Origin: an uncultured delta proteobacterium | GTDB taxonomy: Bacteria; Desulfobacterota; Syntrophia; Syntrophales; UBA2185 | Assembly (NCBI GenBank): GCA_963695875.1 | Contig: CAVOID010000004.1 | Span: 96,001 to 160,000 of the forward strand | Reading direction: 5' to 3' | DNA length: 64,000 nucleotides | Part shown: in pieces, positions 1 through 11,673 of the stretch | Layout: every line of letters starts with the position of its first letter | Numbering within the stretch: position 1 is the first letter of the stretch | The notes under the pieces: generated by a model | The model's input: only the letters and a program-made list of their open reading frames with translations | The model's database searches: none | Told to the model about the DNA's origin: nothing | Made by a program: the position numbers and the translations under genes

Positions 1-27
1 TTTGTAGGTCTGAAAAAGAGAAGACTA

Positions 28-807
28 TTGGATAGAAGGAGCTTTCTATTAAAGGGTGCCTCTCTGCTGGGAGGTTATCTTTTAGGTCTTAGCGGTTTCT
101 CACAAGTCCTTGCCTTCGAGAAACAGACCACCAACTATTCCCTGAACCCGTCCATTGCCCTGATTATCGATGATATCGGGGGCAGCTTATCCCGAGCCAG
201 ACATTTTTTGAAAGTGAACATTCCCATTACCTTTTCAATTCTGCCCCGCCTGAAATATTCTGATATACTGGCGACAGAAATTAATCATTATGGCCACGAG
301 ATCATGCTTCACCAGCCTATGGAGCCTTATGATCAGAGAATTGATCCAGGACCCGGGGCCCTTTATACGGGAGACGATCCAAATAAAATCACCGAAATCA
401 TTGAAGAGAATATTTCCGGATTGCCGCTTGCGACGGGAATCAATAATCATATGGGCTCAAGGTTTACAGAATCACATGAAGAGATGACAGAAACTCTCAG
501 GATCGTTAAAAACAGCGGCCTCTTTTTTGTCGACAGCCGAACTTCACTACATTCACAGGCTTATAAGATTGCCAGAACAATGCATATGCCTGCAGCATAC
601 CGGCATATTTTTCTGGATAATGTTCCTTTCGAACCAGCTATCCTTTTACAACTCCGCAAATTAAAGCAATGTGCCCTGCATCACGGAACAGCCATCGGTA
701 TCGGCCATCCTTTTCCCCAAACAGCAAATGCCCTCAGTTTCTTCGCGGAGGAACTAAAAAATACAGAGGTATCATTTGTTCATATTTCAAAGGTGCTGAA
801 AAGCTGA
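28..807 (+). CDS. Divergent polysaccharide deacetylase family protein (YibQ-like) with Tat-like signal
   Basis: N-terminal RRSFL twin-arginine-like motif; IIIDDIG, HQPMEP, GINNHMGS, FVDSRT, FLDN and AIGIGHP motifs typical of the family. Confidence 0.85.
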   Translation: MDRRSFLLKGASLLGGYLLGLSGFSQVLAFEKQTTNYSLNPSIALIIDDIGGSLSRARHFLKVNIPITFSILPRLKYSDILATEINHYGHEIMLHQPMEPYDQRIDPGPGALYTGDDPNKITEIIEENISGLPLATGINNHMGSRFTESHEEMTETLRIVKNSGLFFVDSRTSLHSQAYKIARTMHMPAAYRHIFLDNVPFEPAILLQLRKLKQCALHHGTAIGIGHPFPQTANALSFFAEELKNTEVSFVHISKVLKS

Positions 808-1127
808 AAAAATCCTTTGATAATGGCGTAGAATTATAATTGCGCCCGCTGGAGCACAAAGAGAGAAGGAGACGCTTCAATTTATTGACAAATATGGTTA
901 GAGGTAGTAATACTTCGGCATCTTCAGCCACCTTTTTTTGGGAGGTTCCATATTTGTCTTATATTTCTCTTAGACCTCATATACGGGCAATGTGAACCCA
1001 GTATATGTCCAATCCCTTGGTTAACGAGGCCCATAGAGGTGAAGCGTAATTTTTTTGAAAATTAAAGATTTCTCATATAAAGTATATAAGGATGTTTCGA
1101 ATCTTCGGGAAAACGCAAGAGGCCCAT

Positions 1128-1985
1128 ATGGTAAAACGTAAGAAGCCGGAAGCCTTCTTGAAGGGTTTGGTAGAATTATCATCTTTACCCTTCATATATA
1201 TCAAAATTAATGATGCTGTTAGCAATCCCCTATCTTCCATACAGGATATAAGCGAGATAATAAGCGGTGACCCCGGACTTACCTCCCGACTGCTCCGGCT
1301 TGTCAACAGTGCGTTTTATGGTTTTCCATCGAAAATTGACACGGTCAGCCGTGCCCTTCTTATGGTAGGCACGCAACAGATGCGTGATCTTGCTTTGGCA
1401 ACCTCTGTAATGAGTTTGTTCAAAGGGATACCGGGACATCTTGTCAGCATGGAATCGCTATGGAGGCATAGTGTGGCCTGCGGCCTCGCTGCAAGGATGC
1501 TCGCGACAGTCAGACAGTGCGAGGCGAACGTGGAGCTTTTCTTTACAGCGGGTATTATTCATGACATTGGCCGGCTCGTTATATACAAAAAAATCCCGGA
1601 AACAGCACAGGAAATGATTCTTCGCTGTAAGGACAATAAGGAGCCGTTATATTTGGTTGAAAAAGAAATGCTTGGTTTTGACCATTCTGATTTAGGGCGT
1701 ATGCTTGCACAATCATGGAATCTGCCTCCGAGCCTGGAGGAGGTGTTAGCCTGCCATCATTTTCCGCGGGAAGCCAAACAATACCCTGTCGAGACAGGCG
1801 TGGTCCATATAGCTGATTATATCGCCCATGAAATACAGCTGGGAAACAGCGGAGAACAGTATATACCGCCTTTAGACGAGAAGGTGTGGGAACTCGTTGG
1901 TATTCCCTCAAGCGTGTTATCTTCCACATCTGATCAATTAAGGCACGAGTTTGAGGATGTCGTACAGTCGCTATGGGAAATTTAG
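1128..1985 (+). CDS. HDOD domain protein
   Basis: LSSLP...DPGLTSRLLRLVNSAFYG...LWRHS...AGIIHDIGRL...WNLP motifs; ATG at 1128 has a GAGG RBS (ORF track starts at 1092). Confidence 0.85.
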   Translation: MVKRKKPEAFLKGLVELSSLPFIYIKINDAVSNPLSSIQDISEIISGDPGLTSRLLRLVNSAFYGFPSKIDTVSRALLMVGTQQMRDLALATSVMSLFKGIPGHLVSMESLWRHSVACGLAARMLATVRQCEANVELFFTAGIIHDIGRLVIYKKIPETAQEMILRCKDNKEPLYLVEKEMLGFDHSDLGRMLAQSWNLPPSLEEVLACHHFPREAKQYPVETGVVHIADYIAHEIQLGNSGEQYIPPLDEKVWELVGIPSSVLSSTSDQLRHEFEDVVQSLWEI

Positions 1986-2304
1986 ATGCAAGAGGTGTGT
2001 AGCCCCCATTCCAGACTACCAGTACTATAAATCCCAATGATTTGATTTCCTAGATTCTCGCTACCCGCCTTCATAGTAAGGAGCGTGAAGCCTGACTTTG
2101 TGACATCGAATCGCCGCTTTTGTTCATCTCTGCAACATTTCAATTTGAAGTAAACAAAATCCGCATCAAATGCCAGAAACATCAGTGCAGCAAAAAAACG
2201 CAGAACTCTATTCCCAAATGTGTTACAAATGAAGATAACAAGTCATGAATAGGGAGATTGCTGGATGTGCCAGAATTAATAAAAAACTGGTGCTTGTTGC
2301 TAAT

Positions 2305-2517
2305 TTAACGAATGGGAAAATCAATCCTCTCATAGGAGCGGCAGGCATCTCGGCATACCCCATGACGGATCGGATGGTTCAGGTCGAAGGCCGCACATAT
2401 GATGACAAAAACTAGCTCCTTGTGCATGCTGTCGGTGCGAATACCGGCGGCCAGATCGACTCGGTAATGACTGCTGCGATTATGCTCTCCGCACTGAAAG
2501 GGATGGGGATAGGCTAA
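2305..2517 (+). pseudogene. 3' remnant of Na+-translocating decarboxylase beta subunit (OadB/GcdB/MmdB family)
   Basis: Manual translation LTNGKINPLIGAAGISAYPMTDRMVQVEG...KN*LLVHAVGANTGGQIDSV...MLSALKGMGIG* matches the family C-terminus (KINPLIGAAGVSAVPMAARVV...NFLLMHAMGPN); in-frame TAG at 2413-2415; no 5' part present. Confidence 0.75.
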
Positions 2518-2664
2518 CGAGAACAAGTTTGGAAAGGTAGGACTGTTATTCGGGAGAGTCCTTCCTGCGGGTTTGCATTTGCGGGTGTGCTTGAAAGCGA
2601 CAAGATCAATTACGGGACCAGGAATGGCGCAGGTGATCTGACAAGCAAATATAGAGGAGGTTAT

Positions 2665-3153
2665 ATGAAAGCCAAAGATATCATGGTCCCTTTCCAGGAT
2701 TACCTGAAACCTGATGATACTCTCAGGGCGGCGGTCAAATTGTTCAAAACTGCCGTTCGGGGAGAACAAAAAACAGGTGTTATGGGATTGCCGGTACTTG
2801 ACGAAAAAGGGAAGCTAGGTGGTATGTTGTCAATGATGGATATTCTCAGGGCGGTTTATCCGTCTTACATGTCTATGATGAATTTGGGTGAGTTCACCTG
2901 GGATGGGATGCTGGAATCGTTCGCAAAACAGGCGGGATATAAGAAGGTTAAGGATCTCATGACCAGGGATGTTATCACCGTTAGGGAGGATGACCCCCTT
3001 ATGGAGTGTGTCGACCATATTATAAAAAATCGAGTAAGGAGGCTGCCCGTTCTGGATAAAACGGGAAAGGTAGTCGGTATGCTCTATCTAAGGGATATCT
3101 TCTTTGCCATTACGAAAGCGATGCTTGAGGAAGATAGTGGAGGTGCGAAATGA
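2665..3153 (+). CDS. CBS domain pair protein
   Basis: MKAKDIM...LPVLDEKGKLGGML...VKDLMTRDVITV...RRLPVLDKTGKVVGML; GGAGG RBS before ATG 2665. Confidence 0.85.
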   Translation: MKAKDIMVPFQDYLKPDDTLRAAVKLFKTAVRGEQKTGVMGLPVLDEKGKLGGMLSMMDILRAVYPSYMSMMNLGEFTWDGMLESFAKQAGYKKVKDLMTRDVITVREDDPLMECVDHIIKNRVRRLPVLDKTGKVVGMLYLRDIFFAITKAMLEEDSGGAK

Positions 3154-4520
3154 CACAGGAAGTTTCCGCTGCTTCAGAACAGATCGCAATGGGGCCGGCA
3201 TTCTGGATCGCCACGACCATTTTTCTTCTGGCGTACGGACTGATCATGTACGAGAAAATTCACAAGACCATAATTGCCGTCTTTGGGGCCGCCCTGTTGA
3301 TTGTCATCGGGATCGTCACACAGGACGAAGCGTTTACTTCTCTGGAACTCGGTGTTGACTGGAACGTGATCTTCCTTCTCGTGAGCATGATGGTTATCAT
3401 CAACATCATGAAGCCCACGGGTTGCTTTGAATACATTGCCATCAAAAGCGCCAAGACGGCAAAAGGGAAACCTTTCATGATCATGGCGATATTCTCTATC
3501 GTCACAGCGGTCGTGTCGGCCTTTCTGGATAATGTCACAACGGTCCTTCTGATCGCTCCGGTAACACTCCTTATTTGTCAAGCACTGGAGCTCGATGTGG
3601 TACCATTTCTAATCACGGAAGCGCTGGCATCCAACATCGGAGGGACAGCTACTCTCATCGGTGATCCTCCGAACATCATGATTGGTTCAAAGGCCCAACT
3701 GGGTTTCATGCCTTTCGTTTATCATCTGACGCCGGTCATCATCGTTGTCTTGATTGCCTACGTCATCAGTATCAAATTCATCTTCGGCAGGAAAATGGTT
3801 GTCAAAGAAGAGTTGAGGCAAAGAGTCATGGCCATGGATGAAAACGCAGCCATCAAAGATCCGGTGCTCCTGAAGAAATCCCTTGTGGTTCTTGCCGTCA
3901 CGATTACAGGTTTTGTCATCCATGGAATGCTCCACCTGCAGCCTGCAACTATCGCTCTCTTCGGTGCGGGACTTCTCCTCCTGGTTTCCGGGATCAAAGA
4001 TCCCCACCGCGTCCTTGCAGAGGCGGAATGGAGTTCTCTCTTCTTCTTTATCGGCCTCTTTATTATCATCGGAGCTGTAGTAAAAGTGGGTCTCATCAAA
4101 TGGATGTCCATCAAGGTGCTGGAGCTTACCCATGGGAACCTCTTCGGGACGACCATGATCGTGATGTGGTTTTCCGCCTTCGCCTCGGCGTTCATCGACA
4201 ACATCCCTTACGTTGCTACGATGAACCCCCTCATTATAGATATGGCAAAGCAGCTCTGGCCGAATCTCTCCGGTGTTGAGCTCTTGCACCATCCCGATCT
4301 AATGCCCATGTGGTGGTCGTTGGCTTTAGGAGCTTGTTTGGGAGGGAATGGAACGGCTATCGGCGCCTCCGCTAATGTTATTGTTGTCGGCATGGCGGAG
4401 AAGATGGGACGTCCCATATCTTTCAAGAAGTTCATGCTCTACGGGATGCCCCTCATGATAGAATCCGTCATCATCTGCATGATCTATGTCTGGCTGCGGT
4501 ATTATGTGCTGATGATATAG
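3150..4520 (+). CDS. ArsB/NhaD-family (IT superfamily) ion transporter
   Basis: Very hydrophobic; SAFLDNVTT, NIGGTATLIGDPPN, SAFIDNIP and GGNGTAIGASANV motifs; ATGA overlap with the CBS gene. Confidence 0.85.
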   Translation: MTQEVSAASEQIAMGPAFWIATTIFLLAYGLIMYEKIHKTIIAVFGAALLIVIGIVTQDEAFTSLELGVDWNVIFLLVSMMVIINIMKPTGCFEYIAIKSAKTAKGKPFMIMAIFSIVTAVVSAFLDNVTTVLLIAPVTLLICQALELDVVPFLITEALASNIGGTATLIGDPPNIMIGSKAQLGFMPFVYHLTPVIIVVLIAYVISIKFIFGRKMVVKEELRQRVMAMDENAAIKDPVLLKKSLVVLAVTITGFVIHGMLHLQPATIALFGAGLLLLVSGIKDPHRVLAEAEWSSLFFFIGLFIIIGAVVKVGLIKWMSIKVLELTHGNLFGTTMIVMWFSAFASAFIDNIPYVATMNPLIIDMAKQLWPNLSGVELLHHPDLMPMWWSLALGACLGGNGTAIGASANVIVVGMAEKMGRPISFKKFMLYGMPLMIESVIICMIYVWLRYYVLMI

Positions 4521-4666
4521 AATATGGAGCAGGCTGTTGAAAAACGCCTCCGCAAGGTTATTGTATAGTCCGAAGACGAAAGACCTTGAACTCTCAGAGG
4601 CAGTTGAACATAAGTAAAGGAGAGTGATATGTTGAAGTCAAAGCCGGAAGTGAAAGAATGGGTGGC

Positions 4667-5059
4667 CTATGCAATAAGTTGCAATGCTGTAGAGCCAAAA
4701 GCGGTCGGGGATGAGCGAAATCGATTCTCTATGGCTTCTTCCACTTCTTCAATTCTGAAAGGTTTGGCAAGGCAGATGTCAGCGCCTGCATCCTTGAGCT
4801 CTTTCAGGGCTTCATGGTAGCCGCTTATTCCGATGATATATACGCCTGGAAATTGCGATTTTATGAATTTGCACAGTTCAACACCGCCCATTATGGGCAT
4901 CTTGGCATCCGTGATAACAACGTCATACCTGTTATTAAGTAGCTGCTTGACCGCCTCAGTCCCGTCATACGCCTTGCTTACCTCATGGCCGATTAGCTCC
5001 ATCATTGAAGACAGAATTTCCACGATATCCGGACTATCGTCCACTACCAGCAATTTCAT
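4667..5059 (-). CDS. Single-domain response regulator (receiver)
   Basis: LVVDD, VITDAKMP (phospho-Asp), ISG and LAKPF motifs. Confidence 0.85.
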   Translation of the reverse strand: MKLLVVDDSPDIVEILSSMMELIGHEVSKAYDGTEAVKQLLNNRYDVVITDAKMPIMGGVELCKFIKSQFPGVYIIGISGYHEALKELKDAGADICLAKPFRIEEVEEAIENRFRSSPTAFGSTALQLIA

Positions 5060-5172
5060 ATTTGGCCTCCACAGGTTATTAGTTTGAAAGGAGGATTCGT
5101 GCCGATTTTGCTCTGGATCAGAACGATACCGCCTATCAACATGCTTGTTTTCATAGACCTTTTTAAATAAGT

Positions 5173-5349
5173 TTATTTTTCTATTTGCGACCGGGAGATG
5201 CGGGTTTCCTCTTCTGAATCATCGATCCTGATCAGCACGATGATAATAGCAAGCACTAGTAGGACATGTATAAACGAACTCAGAGTATAACCGGTCACCA
5301 GCCCCAGTAACCATATAATCATTAGTATAGAAGCAACCGCCCACAACAT
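5173..5349 (-). CDS. Small membrane protein, lmo0937/DUF5670-like (58 aa, below the ORF-track cutoff)
   Basis: Manual translation MLWAVASILMIIWLLGLVTGYTLSSFIHVLLVLAIIIVLIRIDD...EK* resembles the family consensus MLWTIAVILLILWLLG...GGFIHILLVIAII. Confidence 0.7.
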   Translation of the reverse strand: MLWAVASILMIIWLLGLVTGYTLSSFIHVLLVLAIIIVLIRIDDSEEETRISRSQIEK

Positions 5350-5441
5350 GTGATTCTCTTTCTTTATCTTAGTTTTGACTATGATATTCCCTCTAATTAG
5401 ATTTATGCATATAAAATATTTCTACAACGAAAATATATATT

Positions 5442-5657
5442 TCAGAATTTCACGTGACCCTGAAAATATACGGACAGGGCAGAGATAATGGAAGATTCCA
5501 GCCCTTTCAGCGGTAATGAGTCAGCTTTACCTTTAAAATATCTTGACAGGCTGGAGCCAAGAATTTCTTCTTCAGCATTACGAGGAATCTCTACTTTTGG
5601 ATCCATGGCCACTTCTTTATTGCTTTTCATCATAGGACTTGCCTTTTCTATGGACAT
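5442..5657 (-). CDS. Hypothetical small protein
   Basis: Open frame co-oriented with the two downstream small genes and following a predicted promoter; no recognised motif. Confidence 0.3.
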   Translation of the reverse strand: MSIEKASPMMKSNKEVAMDPKVEIPRNAEEEILGSSLSRYFKGKADSLPLKGLESSIISALSVYFQGHVKF

Positions 5658-5778
5658 AATATCATTAGCTTAAATTACTTGTGATCAAATGAGATGGATT
5701 CTGGTCTTGGCCTTCTTTTTATGCATATGACATTTATATAGTTACTATCTGGTTATTAATAACGCTTTTTTCAATTTC

Positions 5779-5846
5779 AATTTAATGTGCTTATCAGCGG
5801 AAGGCAATGAGGATTAAATGGAAGAATAATGGTAGGTATAAACTAC
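5779..5846 (-). promoter_or_regulatory. Sigma70-like promoter with upstream GTAG-N7-CTAC palindrome, copy 1 of a duplicated module
   Basis: Minus strand reads TTGCCT-17 bp-TAAATT; 5793-5846 matches 18065-18118 at 48 of 54 positions. Confidence 0.55.
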
Positions 5847-6087
5847 TTTCTATCTCATTTTTCGATAGTACGACTCCTCGTTCTGTTTAACACAAGCCGG
5901 ATTTACGATGATTTTGTGGCCTTCTAAGTTAGAAGCACAATCGGTCGAGATGGTATGAAATTAAAGATATGATCTACTATGCGAGTTGGTTTTCACCTGT
6001 CACGGATGGTCATGGCTATGCATGAAATTGAATGGATGTGTGATCGGCGGCCATTTGATCCAAAAGTGAACTTTCTTATCTTGCGTG

Positions 6088-9000
6088 TCACTTGATATCT
6101 CTATGGTAAGCCTGCAGGGATTTTGCACGGCCATGTCGCTGGCGGTTTGCCGCGATTCCTTTGGCGGCCGCAACAGCAGCTGCAAGTGTAGTAATGTAAG
6201 GGATCTTGTGCTTGATTGCATTTTTTCGAATATATGAATCGTCGTACTTTCCAAGCCTTCCGTTCGGTGTGTTGATGACTAACTGGATTTCCCTGTTCTT
6301 GATGCCGTCGACGATATTCGGCCGACCCTCATGCATCTTGAGAATGGGCTCTGTCTGGATACCGTTTTGCAAAAGGTACTGATGGGTTCCTTCGGTGGAT
6401 TTGATACGGAATCCGAGTCGTTGGAATTCCCTTACCACGCCGAGCACACCGCCCTTATCCTTATCGTCCACAGTTATGAGTATCGTCCCCGCATCGGGAA
6501 GAACCTGTTGCGCGGCCTCCTCCGCCTTATAGAAAGCAAGTCCGAAAGAGTCGGCGAGACCCAGGACCTCCCCGGTAGATCGCATCTCGGGCCCGAGGAC
6601 CGGGTCTACCTCATGGAACATATTGAAGGGAAAGACCGCTTCCTTCACGCCAAAGTGCCTGATCGACCTTTCCTTGAGATCCAGTTCGGTGATCTTCTTT
6701 CCCAGCATGATCTGGGTGGCAATGCGCGCCATGGAAATATTGCAGACCTTGGATACAAGGGGCACTGTTCTGGATGCCCTCGGGTTGGCTTCCAGTATGT
6801 AGACCACATCGTTTGCAATGGCATACTGTATATTCATGAGACCCACTACGTTGAATTCTACGGCGATCTTCTTCGTGTAGTCGCATATGGTATCGATATG
6901 CCGTACGGGAATGCTGATGGGGGGGATCACGCAGGCCGAATCGCCCGAATGGATCCCGGCAAGCTCGATATGCTCCATCACCGCAGGAACGAAAGCATCC
7001 GTCCCGTCGGAGATAGCATCTGCTTCTGCCTCGATGGCGTTCTCAAGAAATTTGTCTATGAGGATGGGACGCTCCGGTGTCACTCCTACTGCCGCAACCA
7101 CGTAGCGCTTGAGCATCTGTTCGTCGTGAACGACCTCCATGCCTCGCCCGCCGAGAACATAGGAGGGACGAACCATGAGGGGATAGCCGATTTTTGCGGC
7201 AATCTCGATGGCCTCATCCAGTGTGCTCGCCATCCCTGACTCCGGCATGGGGATGCCGAGCTTCTTCATCATCTGACGAAACCGGTCGCGGTCTTCGGCA
7301 AGATCGATTGTTTCCGGGGAAGTCCCGATGATCTTGACACCAGCCTGATACAGTTCGTTCGCGATATTCAGGGGTGTCTGTCCCCCAAATTGAACGATGA
7401 CACCCTCGGGTTTTTCCTTCTCGTAAATGGAGAGTACATCCTCCACTGTAAGGGGTTCGAAGTAGAGTTTGTCCGAGGTATCGTAGTCTGTGGAGACGGT
7501 CTCAGGGTTGCAGTTTACCATGATAGACTCATAACCCTCGTCTCGGAGGGCAAACGCCGCATGAACGCAACAGTAATCGAACTCAATACCCTGGCCGATT
7601 CGATTGGGACCGCCACCCAGGACCATGATCTTCCTGCGATCGCTTACACCCACTTTATCCGGGGCGTTGTAGGTTGAGTAATAATAAGCCGCATCTTCCA
7701 CTCCGCTAACCGGGACGGGTTCCCACCTCTGTCCGAGCCCCAGTCTCAGGCGCCGCTCCCGCACTATCTTCTCGGGAACCTTGAGGAGCATGGCAAGGTA
7801 ACGGTCCGAAAAACCGTCCTTCTTTGCCTGCGAGCAGGAGTTCATCGGGCAGGTTCTCCATACTATACCGGCTGATCTTCTCCTCAAGCTCCACGAGTTC
7901 TTTCATCTGTTCTATGAACCAGTGCTTGATATAGGTTCTTTTGTATAGATCTTCAACAGAGGCTCCTTTTCTCAGGGCCTCGTACATGATGAACTGCCGT
8001 TCACTGGATGGTTCATAGAGGAGATCCATAAGTTCTTCGAGGGTCTTCTGGTGGAAATCCTTCACGAAACCAAGGCCGTAACGGCCCTTCTCCAGGGAGC
8101 GGATGGACTTCTGAAAGGCTTCTTTGTATGTTTTGCCGATACTCATGACCTCACCGACGGCTCGCATCTGGGTGCCCAGCTTGTCCTCGGCGCCGGGGAA
8201 CTTTTCAAAGTCCCAGCGGGAAAATTTTACTACTACATAGTCCCCCCAGGGCGTATATTTTTCGAGGGTGCCTTCACGCCAGTAAGGAATTTCATCAAGG
8301 GTAAGACCTCCGGCAAGGAGCGACGAGACATAGGCAATGGGAAATCCCGTTGCTTTTGAGGCGAGGGCCGAGGAGCGGGAGGTTCTGGGGTTGATCTCGA
8401 TCACGACTACCCGCCCCGTTTCGGGATCGTGGGCAAACTGGATATTTGTGCCGCCGATAACCTGGATGGCCTCGACGATGTCATACGAGTACTTCTGGAG
8501 GCGCTTCTGGAGATCGGGATCGATGGTAAGCATGGGGGCCGTGCAGTAGGAATCGCCGGTGTGCACTCCCATGGCGTCCACGTTCTCGATGAAGCAGACC
8601 GTGATCATCTGGTTCTTCGCATCACGAACGACCTCGAGTTCCAGCTCTTCCCAGCCCAGGACCGATTCCTCTACCAGGATCTGCCCGACGAGGCTTGCCG
8701 ATATGCCGCGGCTTGCCACGGTGCGGAGTTCTTCGAGGTTATAAACCAGGCCTCCCCCGGTTCCTCCCATGGTATAGGCAGGGCGGATTACCACGGGATA
8801 ACCGATTTTTGCCGCGATCTCTTTAGCCTCCTCAACATTGTAAGCGGGCTCACTCTGGGGCATATCGATCCCAAGCTTATTCATCGTCTCCTTGAAGGCA
8901 ATACGATCCTCACCTCGTTCGATGGCATCCACCTGGACCCCGATGACCTTGACACCGTATTTCTTGAGGACGCCCGTGCGGATAGAGTTCCGAGGTAAGA

Positions 9001-9290
9001 TTGAGACCGTTCTGGCCGCCGAGGTTGGGCAGGATCGCATCGGGTCGTTCATTTTCGATTATCTCTGTCAGGTACTGGAGATTTAATGGTTCCACGTAGG
9101 TGACATCGGCCATTCCGGGATCTGTCATGATGGTGGCCGGATTGGAATTTACGAGGACGATCTCGTAGCCGAGCTTCCTCAGGGCCTTGCATGCCTGGGT
9201 ACCCGAATAATCGAACTCGCAGGCCTGGCCGATCACGATGGGGCCTGATCCTATGATTAATACTTTGTTAATGTCAGTTCGTTTTGGCAT
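6088..9290 (-). CDS. carB: Carbamoyl-phosphate synthase large subunit (split by about 2 frameshifts, probably sequencing errors)
   Basis: [30 protein letters not shown] start; [40 protein letters not shown] and C-terminal MGS domain spread over ORFs 8910-9290, 7706-9052 and 6088-7887. Confidence 0.95.
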
Positions 9291-9723
9291 AAAATTATCC
9301 TTTCATTCTCAATTAAACGTCACATTTTCAATGCATCCTCAGCACTGGAATCCGTGTCAGGAGTCGAAGATTTTCACAACACTTAAAGTGAAGTTATTTA
9401 ACTATACTTAGTTCTGGACCCGAAGTAATCGGATGAGGACATTCCTTGCATGAGAATTAACATGCAAAAATGTTTAAAATTAATTCATTATTAGTACAAA
9501 TATGTATCAATGGCCGATGCGAATATAGGAGAGTCATATCGTGATGTCAAGGTAAAAAAGGAAGGGGATGAGGTTCTCAAGATTTTGATAAAGATCGATA
9601 GTAATTGACGGGAAGGTGAGGAAAATCTTCCATGATGTATTTAAAGGATGGCGGTGCGTGACCTACAGGTGTGGGTCTTGATTCGGCCATTCCTGTGTTG
9701 CATGTATAGACGGTACGCCTGTC

Positions 9724-10913
9724 CTACTTTTTACTGATCAATATTTTCCTGGCGGCTGCTTTTGCTTCCTCATATACTTTCCTCAGGGGATTCCCTGTTT
9801 GACTGGCGATCTCTTTGCAGTCCTCATATTCCGGGGATATATTTTTTATCTCCTGACCGACTTCGGCTCACTTTCACCCTTACGCATCCAAATGCCGTCT
9901 CCACCGTGAGCATTTCTCTCGGGAGTTTTTTCCTCTCCAGACGGTGAAGCCTGATCCCCAGAGAGGTCGTTTCTGCGAAGACTATGGACAGCATTTCTTC
10001 AAGTTTGTCCGGTGTAGATCAAAACGCTCAGCAGTGTTCCCGGCCTGTTCTTCTTCATGAAGATCGGCGTCATGAAGACATCAAGGGCGCCTCTTTCCAG
10101 GAGTTTTTCAGAGGCGTAGCCGAAAAACTCCGGATTCATGTCGTCCAGATTGGTTTCGATGAGGATGACCTCGTCTTCTTCATATTCTGTCTTTTCGTCG
10201 GCTATCACCTACCCATACCCGAAGCAGGTTCGGTATCTTCAGGTCACTGCTGCCGGCTCCGTAGCCGATGCGATTTATCTTCATCTTCGGGATGATGCCG
10301 AAACTTTTCGCCACGTTCTTGAGAATTGCGATCCCGGTAGGGGTGACCAGTTCTTTTTCCATACCGCTTGCGTATATGGGTATGCCCTTAAGCAGCTCAA
10401 GGGTGGCGGGAGCGGGGAGCGGCAGGGTTCCATGGTCACATTCTACGAATCCCGTCCCCACGGGAATCCGGGAGGCGTAGACTGCTTCAATACCCAACAG
10501 CTTGATGCCGATGAGAGCCCCGACGATGTCGATGATGGAATCTAATCCGCCGATCTCGTGGAAATGAACCTTCCCGGGATTACTGTTGTGGATCTTTGCC
10601 TCGACGTGAGCTAATTCGTGGAAGATGGCCTTGCTCGAAGCCTTGATATCATCTCCGAGATCGCTGTGATCGATGATTTTTTCAATGTCTTTTAGATGTC
10701 TCTCGACGTGGTCTTCCTCTGCATCAACAGAGAATCTCGTTCCGGAAAGCCCTTTCCTGGCAGTTTTCTCGGCGTTCTGAGGGTGTATCCGGATATCTTA
10801 AGTTTGTTCAATTCTGATTCGAGTTGATGCAAATCAAGTCCGGCATCGATGAGCGCTCCCAGTATCATGTCGCCGCTGATGCCCGAGAAACAGTCGAAAT
10901 ACGCTATCTGCAT
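9724..10913 (-). CDS. larC: Nickel-pincer cofactor biosynthesis protein LarC (frameshifted in several places)
   Basis: [79 protein letters not shown]. Confidence 0.9.
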
Positions 10914-11671
10914 TCTTTCTTACCCATCTGGTTTATGAAGCTGGCGAAGTATCCGGCCCCGAATCCGTTGTCAATGTTCACGGTCACCACACCCGGTGCA
11001 CAGCAGTTGAGCATGGATAGCAGTGCGGCCAGGCCCTCAAAACTGGCGCCGTAGCCCACACTGGTCGGGACTGCGATCACCGGACAATCCACCATCCCGC
11101 CGATGATGCTTGCCAGAGCCCCCTCCATGCCGGCCACCACTACAATGACGTTGGCATTGAACAGCTTTTCCCTGCTGTCGAAGAGCCTGTGCACGCCGGC
11201 AACACCGATGTCGTAGACCCTGTCGACGGCATTCCCCATGATTTCCGCGGTGATTGCCGCCTCCTCCGCGATCGGTACATCTGAGGTTCCTGCAGTGACC
11301 ACGAGGATTGTTTTTGTGGATTTTTTCTTCCTGTTCTTGCCTGACCAGCACGATCTTGGCCATTTCGTAGTAGACTGCGTCTTCCCTTACCTTCTTGATG
11401 GCTCTAAAGGCTCCGCTTATCGGCTTTGGTTGCCATGATGAAGTCGGCCTCCTGCGAGAGGCTTTCCACAATTTTCTCAATTTGTTCGATGGATTTCCCC
11501 TTGCAAAGTATCACTTCCGGGAAGCCTCTCCTCAAGTCCCTGTGAGTATCGATTTTGGCATCGCCTAAATCCTGATAGGGAAACGATCTCAAAGCCCTGA
11601 GGGCGTCGTCGATCCCGGTCTTTCCGACTTTCACATTTTCCAAAAGTCTCCTTGAGCTTCTCTCTATCCAT
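10904..11671 (-). CDS. larB: Nickel-pincer cofactor biosynthesis protein LarB (PurE-like; frameshifted)
   Basis: [72 protein letters not shown]. Confidence 0.9.
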
Positions 11672-11673
11672 CG

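Noticed and set aside
2413..2415. In-frame TAG codons (2413 and 27580) as pyrrolysine
   Set aside because: Both lie in 5'-truncated, decayed gene fragments; no pyl genes or methyltransferase context
2330..2660. c-di-AMP or other riboswitch upstream of the CBS/transporter operon
   Set aside because: Consensus motifs not found; most of the region is explained by the decarboxylase-beta remnant
4528..4544. AGCAGGCTGTTGAAAAA as an IS terminal repeat
   Set aside because: Single short match with no partner repeat or transposase found
6088..9290. Programmed frameshifting or true pseudogenisation of carB, leuS and others
   Set aside because: Breaks are too numerous, affect essential genes and show no consistent slippery-site signature; sequencing error is more parsimonious
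9445..9500. ArgR boxes upstream of carB
   Set aside because: Only weak matches in AT-rich DNA; the palindrome TGCATG-N8-CATGCA is suggestive but insufficient
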